DNA of 63,980 nt, filler included, from Octopus bimaculoides (taxonomy: Eukaryota): NCBI RefSeq assembly GCF_001194135.2. It is 7 parts of 6 records of this genome, joined end to end, with 100 filler letters (N's around TTAATTAATTAA, not from the genome) between each part and the next. Parts side by side here need not be neighbours in the genome. Positions count along the whole stretch, not along the records: positions 1 to 12,699 come from NC_069006.1; 6 more parts are not named here. One strand, 5' to 3'. The notes beneath the pieces are model-generated. The model was not told the DNA's origin and did not search any database. It was given only the letters and a program-made list of their open reading frames with translations. Positions within the stretch are counted from its first letter, which is position 1. Each line of letters starts with the position of its first letter. This document shows, in pieces, positions 1-11,871 of the stretch. A program made the position numbers and the translations under genes.

Positions 1-235
1 GGCACATAAAAGACACCATTTCGAGCGTGGCCGTTTTCGTGCGGGTGACACGTAAAAGCACCCACTACACTCTCTGAGTGGTTGGCGTTAGGAAGGGCAT
101 CCAGCTGTAGAAACTCTGCCAAATTAGACTGGAGCCTGGTGTTGCCATCCGGTTTCACCAGTCCTCAGTCAAATCATCCAACCCATGCTAGCATGGAAAG
201 CGGACGTTAAACGATGATGATTATGATGATGATAT
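1..235 (+). mobile_element. SINE-like repeat with (GAT)n tail, RTE-3'-associated family
   Basis: Ends gcatggaaagcggacgttaaacgatgatga; other copies at 13225-13545(-), 16745-17000(+), 17001-17220(-) and 34495-34756(-). Confidence 0.85.
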
Positions 236-737
236 GAATGTATGTAAATGGAAAAATGAATGTATATATGTATATGTGCATGTACATATGTGTGTGTGTG
301 TGTATGTGTGTTGTTCTCACTGTCCTGTTCTTGTTAACACTTTCACCCTCCACAAAAAATTCCCCAAAAAATTTCCAAATTTTATTTAATTTGCTTTGCA
401 GAAAGGACTGTTCCAATGAAGTCTTAACCTATAAAAATGGAGAAAGACACGGTGCTAGATATAAGCAATAAACCATTTGGGGCTAGAAATATTGCGGAAA
501 AATGTGAAATTCTTCAAGCAGGCATGTGATGAGCCCGAGCGATGCTGATGACCTGGAGTCACCATGATAGTTCGCTAGCCACTACACATTCTATTTTTCT
601 CTCCTTGTTTCTTTCTGTGTTCCTTTCCGTGGAAGAGCGTAGGCTCGAAACGTTAAAAACTTTTTCACTTCGCGAGCATTATCTTAATACATCTGTTTGT
701 TGTCTACACCACCTGTCTTCGTCTTTTCATGAATTCT

Positions 738-790
<53 letters not shown>

Positions 791-984
791 TATACATACA
801 CAGCTCATGCCAGCATAGAAAATGAATATATGATGATGATGATATATATAGGAAAAGTTGCATACACGTATGCCAGCCAATAAATTAACACATACACACT
901 CACACATATACATACACACATTTTCTGGCTGGAAGTCCAGAAATGTCTATGGCTATACAGTCACTGGTTTGGTTAGTAATGATA

Positions 985-1435
985 GTATTTGCAGTGGTGG
1001 CAGCAGTGGTGGGTGCCAGTGGCGATGGAGTCAAGGTAGTAGTAGTAGTAGTAATGGTGTCGAGGTGGTACCCTGGAAGTGGTTATGGTGGTGTGGTTGT
1101 GTGGAGGTGCTGTAATAGAAATGACTGAAGTTTTGTGGTATAAAAGGAAGTAGCGTGGTGGTAGCAGAGTGGAGGTAATAGTGATGGAGGAGTGGGGGTG
1201 GTAGCAGCAGCAAAGGTGGAGGTGGTGATGGTAGTAGTAGTGATGGTGGTGATGGTAGGTGTGGTAGCAGTAATAGTAGTATTACTACTAGTAGTATTAC
1301 TACTAGTAGTAGTATTGGTGGTGCTAGGAAGAGGGGGTAATGGTTGCGGTGGTGGTGGTGGTAGGAGGAGTGATGGTAGTAGTAGTAGTAGTGGTGGTGG
1401 TGGTAATAGTAGTAGTAGAGAGAGAGAGAGAGAGC
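985..1435. repeat. (GTG)/(GTA) low-complexity tract ending in (GA)n
   Basis: Direct reading. Confidence 0.9.
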
Positions 1436-3098
1436 AATGGTTATGAAGGAAAGAGAGATAAACATATCAACCGTAAAAATACTAACCAACGCCAATAATT
1501 CTAATTCAGGCTAGAAATTAGAATCTGAAGAACCAGTTCACCTATGATGGCAATAAAAAAAAAAACAATAAAAAAAACCCACACTAAATGGTTGACCCTT
1601 TTTGTAGTCGTCATCATCATCAGCATTGCAGACAGGAACTTAACTCCCTCTACTATGCCTGGGCTGTTTCCAGAAGCAAGTTCCTGGGCCCCAACCACAC
1701 CTACCACTTCTCTGCTCATGGCTATACCATGAAAAAAAGACAAGTCAATGCATTCGTAGAAAACATGAAGCTGCAAGTATGAGAGATATTGGTGAAACAT
1801 AACTGCCTTAGGGTCCTTTCCTCTAGATTTTTTTTATAGGGGTTTACTTCCTTAACCTTTTTTTTTAGATGCTCAATAAATTGCCCTACAAGGCAGCATA
1901 GCTTATGCAGTACCAGTCCCTCTCTCTCTCTCTCTCACTGTCTCATCTTTCAAACTTGTATTGATCTGATGCAACACGTACCATGAGGTAAGTAGTTACC
2001 AGGATGCAAAATCTGTAAGGAGTTACGTTCTCTTAGACTCTGTGAGTCACCTTCTTCTGGAAGCAATTCTGTGACATGCTAATTAATATTTTCTCACCTT
2101 ACCCGACCCCTTACACCCATCCCATTGGCTGTCATAGAGGAACCGTCATAAAGGCTACTAAGACTAATAGAGAAAGGAAGGAAAGAATTTGCAAGTTGAA
2201 GACGTTCCCTGAATGGTTGCAATAGAGTGACCTCCATTGAGGTCCCTAAGGTACTGGATTGATATATATATATATATTCATTTCAAACTTTGGAACAGGG
2301 GTGGCAATGGTTAGGAATGGAATAAGCTGATTACATCGACCCCCAGTATTCAATTAGTACTTTATTTTATTGACCCCGAAAAGATGAAAGGCAAAGTTGG
2401 CTTTGGGAGAAATTTGAGCTCAGAGCAAGAAGACAGACAAAATGCTGCTAGGCATTTTGCCAGCCTCCCACATTCTGGATAGCAGGAGGAGGAGGAGAAG
2501 AAGAAGAAGAAGAATCATTCTAATGTCCAATTTTCCATGTTTGCATGGGTTGGACAGAGCTTAACGAGGCAGATTTTTCGAGTGCGATACCTTTTCTGTT
2601 GCGAACCTCACCTGTATGTGAGCAAGGCAATATTTTCCCAGTGGCCAGATATTAGGAATGACACTGCTTGTATGACAGTGATACTCATTTACAACTATAT
2701 GTTCTCAAGACAAGGAGACACAAATACACACACACACATGTACATATATATGGGATTCTTGCAGTTCCCATCTACCAAATCCACTCAGTAGGCTTTAGTC
2801 AGCCCAGGGCTATAGGAGAAGACACCTGCTCAAGGTGACATGCAGCGGGACTAAACTTGAAACTATATGGTTGAGAAGCAAGCCTACTGTAGTGTTTAGT
2901 CTGCAAGAGCACCCTCCTCCCCACCTTCCTATTGAAGGATAATTCCCTCCCCTTTGCCAGTCTTGGAGGCCCCTAGAGGGCTTCTGGGAATGGTGGAAGT
3001 ATGGAGGAAGACATCTGCAAATTAAAGACAGTTTGAATGCTTGTAACAGAGTGGACCCTGCTAAGAGAACCCAAATGTCAGGTGATGTTAAACCAACC

Positions 3099-3133
<35 letters not shown>

Positions 3134-3437
3134 TGAATGGACATGTCTTGGTGATTAGGGTGTTGCACTCATGATTGTGATATTGTGGTTTCAATTTCCA
3201 GACCAGGCATTGCATTGTATTCATGAGCAAAATACTTCATTTCATATTGCTCTGCAACTATTTCGGCACCTGACATGTGGCACATCATGCACCTGCTTGA
3301 GTGGATGTGCATCATTCCNNNNNNNNNNNNNNNNNNNNNNNNNNNNNNNNNNNNNNNNNNNNNNNNNNNNNNNNNNNNNNNNNNNNNNNNNNNNNNNNNN
3401 NNNNNNNNNNNNNNNNTATATATATATATATATATAT

Positions 3438-3742
3438 GGAGGCGCAATGGCCCAGTGGTTAGGGCAGCAGACTCGCGGTCGGAGGATCGCGGTTTCAACT
3501 CACAGACCGGGTGTTGTGTATGTTTATTGAGCGAAAACACTTAAAGCTCCACGAGGCTCCGGCAGGGGATGGTGGCGACCCCTGTTGTACTCTTTCGCCC
3601 CAGCTTTCACTCACTCTTTCTTCCTGTTTCTTGAGTAATGCTGTGATGGACTGGCGTCCCGTCCAGCTGGGGGAGGGGGGACACATACGCCATAGAAACC
3701 GGGAAACTGGGCCCATGAGCCTGGCTAGGCTTTAAAAGGGCA
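3438..3742 (+). mobile_element. tRNA-derived SINE
   Basis: A-box TGGCCCAGTGG, B-box-like GGTTTCAACTC, a V-domain-like gatggactggcgtcccgtccag segment, and a 3' end shared with the copy at 11637-11871. Confidence 0.85.
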
Positions 3743-5320
3743 CATAATGATAATAATAATAAAATATATATATATATATATATATATATCAGGGAGAGAA
3801 AGACCAATTTATGTTGAACATAGATACTTTGTGGTGTTTAGTCTGCAGCATTACACAAGTTGACTTAGGTGAACACAGCCGTTTAAAACAGATCGATAAA
3901 AAAAAATAAACGCCAGACTATGTATTGAGGTGGAGGGAATGTGGAAATCAATATAATTGACTGAAAAAAACCCCTTCAATGTGTTGCTCCAGCATGGCCA
4001 AAGTCCAAATACCGAACAAAAGAATGTACACAATATGCAAAAACAATAATAATAACAACAAAAAACAAAATCAATACAATCACACAAAAATACTGAATTT
4101 GCTAATCAAAGCAAATTAAATGCTGATAATGGATGTTGAAGAACAAGCTAATAAGCCACCGTAATAATGACCTGTACACTGGCATTAAAACTTCCCCTAC
4201 CCAACAATGCCCTCCCCCAAAGAAAACATAGAAAATCTTATTTTACCAGTTTGTGCGTGGTGCACTTGTTCGAATGGTGCAATGAATATAATGCACCAAA
4301 CAACATGGCACTCTAATTGACATTGGAAGCCTATCACCGTTTCTGTTTTTTTTTCTCTCAAATCACCAAACGGTATGTTTTTCACCACAAAGAGGCCCAG
4401 GGTGAACAGTGGTTTGGGGATGTAATTTGAACTCAGAATAGAAAGAGCCGGACTGACTAGATAAGGCAAGAGATCTTGTCTGATGTTTTTAATAATTTCT
4501 CTCATCCACCATCTTGAATTAATTACTCTATCCAGTCGTAGGAACCTGGTGCAGCCCTCTAGCTTACCAGTTTCAATGAAAGCATCTAACCCATGCCAGC
4601 ATGGAAAGCAGACGCTAAATCAAGGTGATGATTAATTAGCTCCAAAAGGATGAAAGGCAAAGCTGACCTTGGCAGTATTTGAACCCAGAACCAAGAGCGA
4701 ACGAATACCACTAGGTATTCTAATGACTGCTAATTCACCAATTTTCAAGAAGAAATAAAAGTTTAAAAAAACCCAAAAAAACATACAGACTAATTTTTAA
4801 AAAAATGAATCTTTTATCTTTTATATGTTTCAGTCATTAGACTGTGACCGTGCTGGAGCACCACCTTGAAGGGTTGAACAAATTGCCCCTGGTACTTATT
4901 TTTGAAGTCTGGTATTTAATCTGTCAGCTCTCGTTTGCTGAATCACTAAGTTACTCAGATGTAAACAAAACAACACCAGTTTCCAAACAGTTAAACACTA
5001 ACATACATAAATACAAGTATGCACACACACGCACACACACATTTCTAGTGCAATGGGGGAGAAAATGACCGTAAAATGAACAAAGGAATAAATATGTGTG
5101 TGTGAGTGTGTTTCTGAGTGCATGCATGTGTGTGTGCATGGTAGTACAGATGGCCAAATGGTAAAGAAGTTTGCATTGTGATCACATGGTTCCAGTTTCA
5201 ATTCTGCTGAGTGGACTGAAGCAACATGAAATAAAGTGTTTTGCTCACGAACACAATACTTTCCACCTCATCTTGGAATTGAAACTTTGATCTTGTAATT
5301 GCGAGAGCAACACCCTAACC

Positions 5321-6042
5321 CAGAGATTCCCAACCCTTTTATTGAAACAACCCCTTTTAATATGCTTATCCTTATATATATATATATATATATAGGAAAA
5401 TAAAAATAAAAAAAAATAATAATAATAATAATAAGGCAGAATGCTAAACTGAACGCATATTTTAATATAGATGTGCATAAGGAGGATTAAAAAGGATTTC
5501 TAACCGGCTTTCATTGCATGGCAAATTTTCAAGAAGAGGGGAAATGAAAATAATGTTTTTTTTACAAAAATATAAAAAATATATAAAAAAATAAATATAC
5601 CAATGCATTATATTGTCTTTGAGTTTTTAAAGTCCAATGGTAATCTATGTAGATAATTGTTAGATAGATTAGGATGCATGGAATTAAGAATCGTGTTGTG
5701 CTTAAAAAAGGCTGAGAGTTTATGTGTTAAACAGGAAGTGTGGTGTCAAAACAGGAAGTGTGTGTAAGGGAAGAGAATTGTCTTCCCTTTTTAATCCTCC
5801 TTATGCACATCTATATCAAAATATGCTTTCAGTTTAGCATTCTGCCTTATTATTATTATTATTTGTTATTTTCCTATTATTTCTCCACGTGCGATTAACA
5901 CAACTCCACCATTTACTGACATATATAAATTTCATATATATATATATATATATGAAATTTTGAATTTAGTTCACGGACCCCCCTCCCAGTGCTACCTTTG
6001 CAGACCACCAGGGGTCCACGGACCCTAGGCTGGGAACCACAG
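5321..6042. mobile_element. hAT-type non-autonomous element inserted in a SINE
   Basis: Ends CAGAGATTCCCAAC / GCTGGGAACCACAG; 8-bp TSD CCCTAACC (5313-20) / CCCTAACT (6043-50) interrupts the SINE sequence accctaacc-actaggcca. Confidence 0.65.
5418..5860. mobile_element. Foldback/MITE with ~80-bp inverted ends nested inside the hAT-type element
   Basis: aataaggcagaatgctaaactgaa...gtgcataaggaggattaaaaagg is the reverse complement of cctttttaatcctccttatgcac...ttcagtttagcattctgccttatt. Confidence 0.75.
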
Positions 6043-6168
6043 CCCTAACTACTAGGCCATAAATGAAACTGGGTAGACAAAAGCTGTGCGTAAGCCTGTT
6101 AGATAGATTGCACCCTTAATTTAAAGAACCAAGCTTGTCATACCCTGTCTACTTGAGAATTATGTTAA

Positions 6169-6386
6169 CCCATTAGTGCCCATGGTCCTTTTTTTAGGAC
6201 CAGAAGGATAATCCATCACATTTCTGCAACACCTGTATTTTACTGAGATACCTTTAATTAGTCATCAGAACTAGAGTATCTTTCAAATATTGTGAAAATT
6301 TTTTTTATATATTTAGTATCAGATAAATTTGTATAGAAAAAGATTCTTGGTAATAAATGAAATAAAAGAATTGGCACACTAATGGG
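6169..6386. mobile_element. piggyBac-type MITE
   Basis: TTAA|CCCATTAGTG ... CACTAATGGG|TTAA: TTAA TSD and CCC/GGG termini. Confidence 0.8.
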
Positions 6387-8279
6387 TTAAGAATGCATGC
6401 TTGTGGAACCACTGCCCTAACTACTAGGCCATAAATGATGTACCAATTTGATGTACCTGTAGTTTAGTTAATCAGACTGGGATGCATTTTGATTTATTGT
6501 CAGCCGGTCAGTGTGTGCATGTTTGTGTGTGTATGTCTATATGCATATATGCACGTATCACAGATGCTAAAATAATTGAATATAAGTAATTAAAAAAAAA
6601 GACAAGGAAAAAAAAGGAAATTTAATTGAAAAACTGAAATAGAATTCAATTAAATATTTTCCTTCCTGCTGTTGTATTTAGAACTGTTCAATTAAGTAAT
6701 TTTGTTTTTATTAGTTTTCTTTTTTTATTTAAAATATCATTAATATACTTTGAATTAGTTTACATATTTTTATTTAATTTGTTAGATATGGACTAACTGA
6801 AATTCCTTATAAGGAAATATCTGTTTCTTTCTTTCTTTCTGTCTGTCTTTCTCCTTTTTTTTTCATTCTTTCTTTTGCTCTCTCTCCCTCTTTTTATCTC
6901 ATTTCATACATTTTCGTCTTTTTCTTCTCCTCCTTCTCCTTCGACACACTTGTGTTAAGTTTCATTAATACATAACAACCAGAAAATATATTTCCTTAAG
7001 AATTAATTATCAATTATAGATATAATTATGATAATCATGACTAATTAATATTAGTCCAACATTAAGGCAGCAAGCTGGCAGAATCATTAGCATGCTGGAC
7101 AAAATACATAATGGCATTTGTCCACCTTTACATTCTGAGTTCAAATTCCGCCAAAGCCGGTGTTACTTCTTTCATGCTTGCATGAGTCAGATGAAATTTG
7201 CTGAGGCAAATTTTCTTCAGCTGGATGCTCTCCCTGTCACAAACCCTCACCTGTTTCCAAGCAAGGTAATATCTTCCTATGACCAGAAACAAACAACTTC
7301 GCTAGTATTCTTTTATTTGTTTCAGCCCAAAGGTTGTGGCCATGCTGGGGCACTGCCAGGATGATGATGAGTCTCATTCACAATCATTACATGATGTCTA
7401 GACAAGGGTACACACACACACACACACATATATAAACAGTAGAAATATGCAAGACTTTCTCAAGTTCAAAATGTGAACTTGTTTTTGTTATCTACACACC
7501 AAATGTGTTAGAAACCAGCTAATTAAAAAAAGAAAAAAAAAAGAAAAAGAAACAAACATACACACATATATTGTGTCTTGGGAGAATCATTATGCCAATA
7601 ACACACACACAGATTTAATTTCACTTCTTTATTGTTAGTCAATTCGTTAAATATTGAACCAACTAATCAGTTAATTGCTTAACTAGTATATTAAACAATC
7701 AATTAGTTAGATAGATAGATATTTAACCAATTGACTAACATTAAAGAAGTGAAATTGAACCAGTGTATGTGTTATTATTATTGGCAGAATGACTCTCTCT
7801 AGACATAACAAAATTTGTTTCAACACACGAATTCATGTCAAGAATCCTAGAAACCAAATACAAAAAGTGTGTGTGTGTGTGTGCGTGCATGCGTGTGTGT
7901 GTGTGTGTGGTAATAATGATAATCCATGGATGGGATTTATGAATATTTTAATGCATCGCTATGCACATTTCCACAGACCACGTGTTTCTTTCTCAAGATC
8001 ACAGTCTGTATTCCTGGGATGATTACAGTACAGTCTGTAGTATCCATGACATCAGGTGGATTATATTCATGTAATCATTTACCCTACATAATATCAGCAC
8101 AGCTCAGTGTAACCTCAAAAAACTAGTATCGCTAGTTGGTAGTATCATTAGGGTGTAACTGGCATTATAGAATAGAGGCTGGTATATGCAGAGTCAAAAT
8201 GTTTCTCATAAATGAACATAAAGGATATATACACACACACACATATATATATATGTATATATAAGTAGTTAGACAAATA

Positions 8280-8756
8280 CCGTAAATCCTCGAGTATAAC
8301 CCGCATTTTTTCCCCAAAATTTAAAGGTCAAAATCCCTAGTGCGTACTATATACGAGGTTAAAAATGAGAAATATTTTCTAAGCAATGTCCGAGTCTCTA
8401 TTTGCTGTCCGGCAATGTTTATTCAGACACATTTTGTGATGTCGAGCTTGTAACTGATAGTGATGAATATGTGAAAGGCAATTTACTTAATATTTATTTT
8501 TCACTGACGTTATTACTGTTATTTCTTTATTTTCTGCAAACAAAGTGCACAAAAAAACTACACGTTTGCATTATGTTATATATACAATAATAATAAAGGA
8601 TGTTACCGTATATACGTTTACAAACCAAGGACGTTATATAGACCTCCTTGACTCAAGTTAGAGAAGGGGTTTAGGTTTAGGTTTTTCACAGGTACAACTC
8701 CCTAAAAATCCCCTGCATATTATACTCAAGAGCGGACTATACTCGAGGATTTACGG
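8280..8756. mobile_element. Tc1/mariner-type MITE
   Basis: TIR CCGTAAATCCTCGAGTATA(A/G)(C/T)CCGC at both ends, TA TSDs at 8278-79 and 8757-58, no coding capacity. Confidence 0.85.
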
Positions 8757-10596
8757 TAGATAGAAAGATAGATACACACACACACACACACACAAGAAGC
8801 TTCTTTCAGCTTCCATCTACCAAATCTACTCACAAAACTTTAGTTGGCCAGAAAACATAGAAGACATTGCCCAAGATGCCAGCTGTGCAGTGGGACTGAA
8901 CCCAAGATATGTGACCAGGAAGTACGCTTCTTAACCACACAGGCATGTTTACGTCTATAACTCAATACGACAATATATTGATACACACCAAATATACACA
9001 CACACACACACACATACCTATCGACCTGTTAATCTGTGTATCACTTTCTATGATGTCTATGTCTGTCATAGTGTACGTATCTCTGTGTGCATATATGTGT
9101 TTGCATGTGTGTCTGTGTGCATGCGTATAGCATGAAAGGGAGGTGGAAACAAGCAGCTCCCTATTAACCGTTCTTCCCTTTGATCATAAAGCAGACTGGA
9201 ATATTATGAAAATAGCTGGAATGGTTAAAACACGTTCTTCAGATGATAAAGGTCACTTCAAAAATTCTTCACCACAAAGATGGAACTTGGAATACAAGAA
9301 ATACACAAACAAACAAACATATTGGAATTGAGAACTGGGTTTTTTTTCCCCCCTTTTATTTTGTTTATTTGCTTTTTTTTACTGCCCTTTTATTATTACC
9401 TTCTTTTAAAAATTTCGCAGTTGCTAACTCACACACACACACATATAAATAGAGAGATAGATACAAACACTCATATATTTAAGTATACACACATACACAC
9501 ACACACACAGGAGTGGCTGTGTGGTAAGTAGCTTGCTTACCAACCACATGGTTCCGGGTTCAGTCCCACGGCGTGGTACCTTGGGCAAGTGTCTTCTACT
9601 ATAGCCTCAGGCCGACCAAAGCCTTGTGAGTGGATTTGGTAGACGGAAACTGAAAGAAGCCCATCATATATATGTATANNNNNNNNNNNNNNNNNNNNNN
9701 NNNNNNNNNNNNNNNNNNNNNNNNNNNNNNNNNNNNNNNNNNNNNNNNNNNNNNNNNNNNNNNNNNNNNNNNNNNNNNNNNNNNNNNNNNNNNNNNNNNN
9801 NNNNNNNNNNNNNNNNNNNNNNNNNNNNNNNNNNNNNNNNNNNNNNNNNNNNNNNNNNNNNNNNNNNNNNNNNNNNNNNNNNNNNNNNNNNNNNNNNNNN
9901 NNNNNNNNNNNNNNNNNNNNNNNNNNNNNNNNNNNNNNNNNNNNNNNNNNNNNNNNNNNNNNNNNNNNNNNNNNNNNNNNNNNNNNNNNNNNNNNNNNNN
10001 NNNNNNNNNNNNNNNNNNNNNNNNNNNNNNNNNNNNNNNNNNNNNNNNNNNNNNNNNNNNNNNNNNNNNNNNNNNNNNNNNNNNNNNNNNNNNNNNNNNN
10101 NNNNNNNNNNNNNNNNNNNNNNNNNNNNNNNNNNNNNNNNNNNNNNNNNNNNNNNNNNNNNNNNNNNNNNNNNNNNNNNNNNNNNNNNNNNNNNNNNNNN
10201 NNNNNNNNNNNNNNNNNNNNNNNNNNNNNNNNNNNNNNNNNNNNNNNNNNNNNNNNNNNNNNNNNNNNNNNNNNNNNNNNNNNNNNNNNNNNNNNNNNNN
10301 NNNNNNNNNNNNNNNNNNNNNNNNNNNNNNNNNNNNNNNNNNNNNNNNNNNNNNNNNNNNNNNNNNNNNNNNNNNNNNNNNNNNNNNNNNNNNNNNNNNN
10401 NNNNNNNNNNNNNNNNNNNNNNNNNNNNNNNNNNNNNNNNNNNNNNNNNNNNNNNNNNNNNNNNNNNNNNNNNNNNNNNNNNNNNNNNNNNNNNNNNNNN
10501 NNNNNNNNNNATATATATATATATATAAAGAATAAAAACTTTTGAATGGTACAACAATGTACTATAATACAAAAAAATGGACTATATACCTGTTGT

Positions 10597-10658
10597 AATT
10601 TAGTTATCCATAGTCCGATGATATTCCGAAATATCATCGGACTATAGATAACTAAATT
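10597..10658. other. 62-nt near-perfect hairpin (29-bp arms, 1 mismatch, CCGA loop)
   Basis: AATTTAGTTATCCATAGTCCGATGATATT-CCGA-AATATCATCGGACTATAGATAACTAAATT. Confidence 0.9.
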
Positions 10659-11636
10659 CCATCAGTTTCCCATCGCACTCTGTATATACACAACAGGCTT
10701 CTTTCAGTTTCTGTCTACCAAATTCATTCAGAAGGCTTTCGTCAGTCTGAGGTTATAGTGGAAGACACTTGCCCAAGGTGCCACACAATGGGACTGAACC
10801 CAGAACCATGTGGTTAGGAAGCAAGCTTCTCACCACAGCCACGCCTATGCCTATGATGTTTATGTAATCAACAAATTTCATTGTTTTCAAAAATATTCAT
10901 GATTTTGCAATTAATGTTAAAATTGCATAATTTCATAATTACTGTTGACTGCATTGATATAATTCCATAACAACAATTATTGGTATTAAGGAGATAATAA
11001 ATGATTGTCATTGACAGCATGGAGGGGGGGGGGGTAATAATCAAAATATTCATTTCCTACTATTAATAGTAGTAGTAGTAGTAGTATACATAAATGTAAT
11101 CAAAATTAATTAAATCAAAAATAAGAATGAATGTAATCCAAATTAATCAAATGTATATATTTAAACATGGTCTCTATTCTTCAATGACTGTAACAGACAT
11201 CTTATTTACTCACCATTATACAGGTGTTCTGTCACTGGATTCATGATTTGAATGGTGTTTCAATGTTTCAAAACATTATATGCTCACTGAGAGATATTTA
11301 TCTGTAGCTGGTAAATCTTATTTGCTCGTGGTGTAATGTCATTTGTTATTTTAAAGTCATTCTTGCTTGTCCTATTTAATTTTTCCCATGCATCAAACAC
11401 CTTATTACAAAACATGGGTACAATCTATAAACATAAACATATTAATCTTAAGGTCATTCCTGCTTGTCCTGTTTAATTTTTTCCCATGCATTAAACACAA
11501 GTACAAATCTTATAGACTTGTACTTGTGCTTTGTAATAATGTGTAATAAACGTGTGTGTGTGTGTGTGTACCATTTAATGTCCATTTTCCATACTGGCAT
11601 GGGCTGGACAGTAATATATAAATAATATAATAAACT

Positions 11637-11871
11637 CGCCCTTTAAAAGCCTAGCCAAGCTCATGGGCCCGGTTTCCTGGTGTATGTGTTCCCCAGCTGG
11701 ACGGGACACCAGTCCATCGCAGCGTTACTCATTTTTGCCAGCTGAGTGGACTGGAGCAACGTGAAATGAAGTGTTTTGCTCAAGAACACAATGCGTCACC
11801 TGGTCCAGGAATCGAAACCACAATCTTACGATCATGTTGCTGACACCCTAACCACTAAGCTACGCGCCTCC
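11637..11871 (-). mobile_element. tRNA-derived CORE-type SINE
   Basis: Reverse complement has a tRNA head (ggaggcgcgtagcttagtggttagg...ggtttcgattcc) and a CORE-like ttgagcaaaacacttcatttcacgttgctccagtccactcagctgg. Confidence 0.85.

Noticed and set aside
3438-3510. tRNA-like sequences at SINE heads
   Set aside because: They lack a complete cloverleaf and continue into SINE bodies, so they are not tRNA genes.
9537-10637. Long ORFs spanning N runs (also at 44070-44640, 50848-51519, 53573-54491 and 55874-57295)
   Set aside because: Their length comes from Ns translated as X; only the zf-RVT part of the last one is real sequence.
11212-11430. Minus-strand gtgagt donor at ~11212 tested as the next PDE exon
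   Set aside because: All frames contain stops or lack the expected LLEVV.DLFEEQ/CERCS motif; the following PDE exon was not found in 1-21172.
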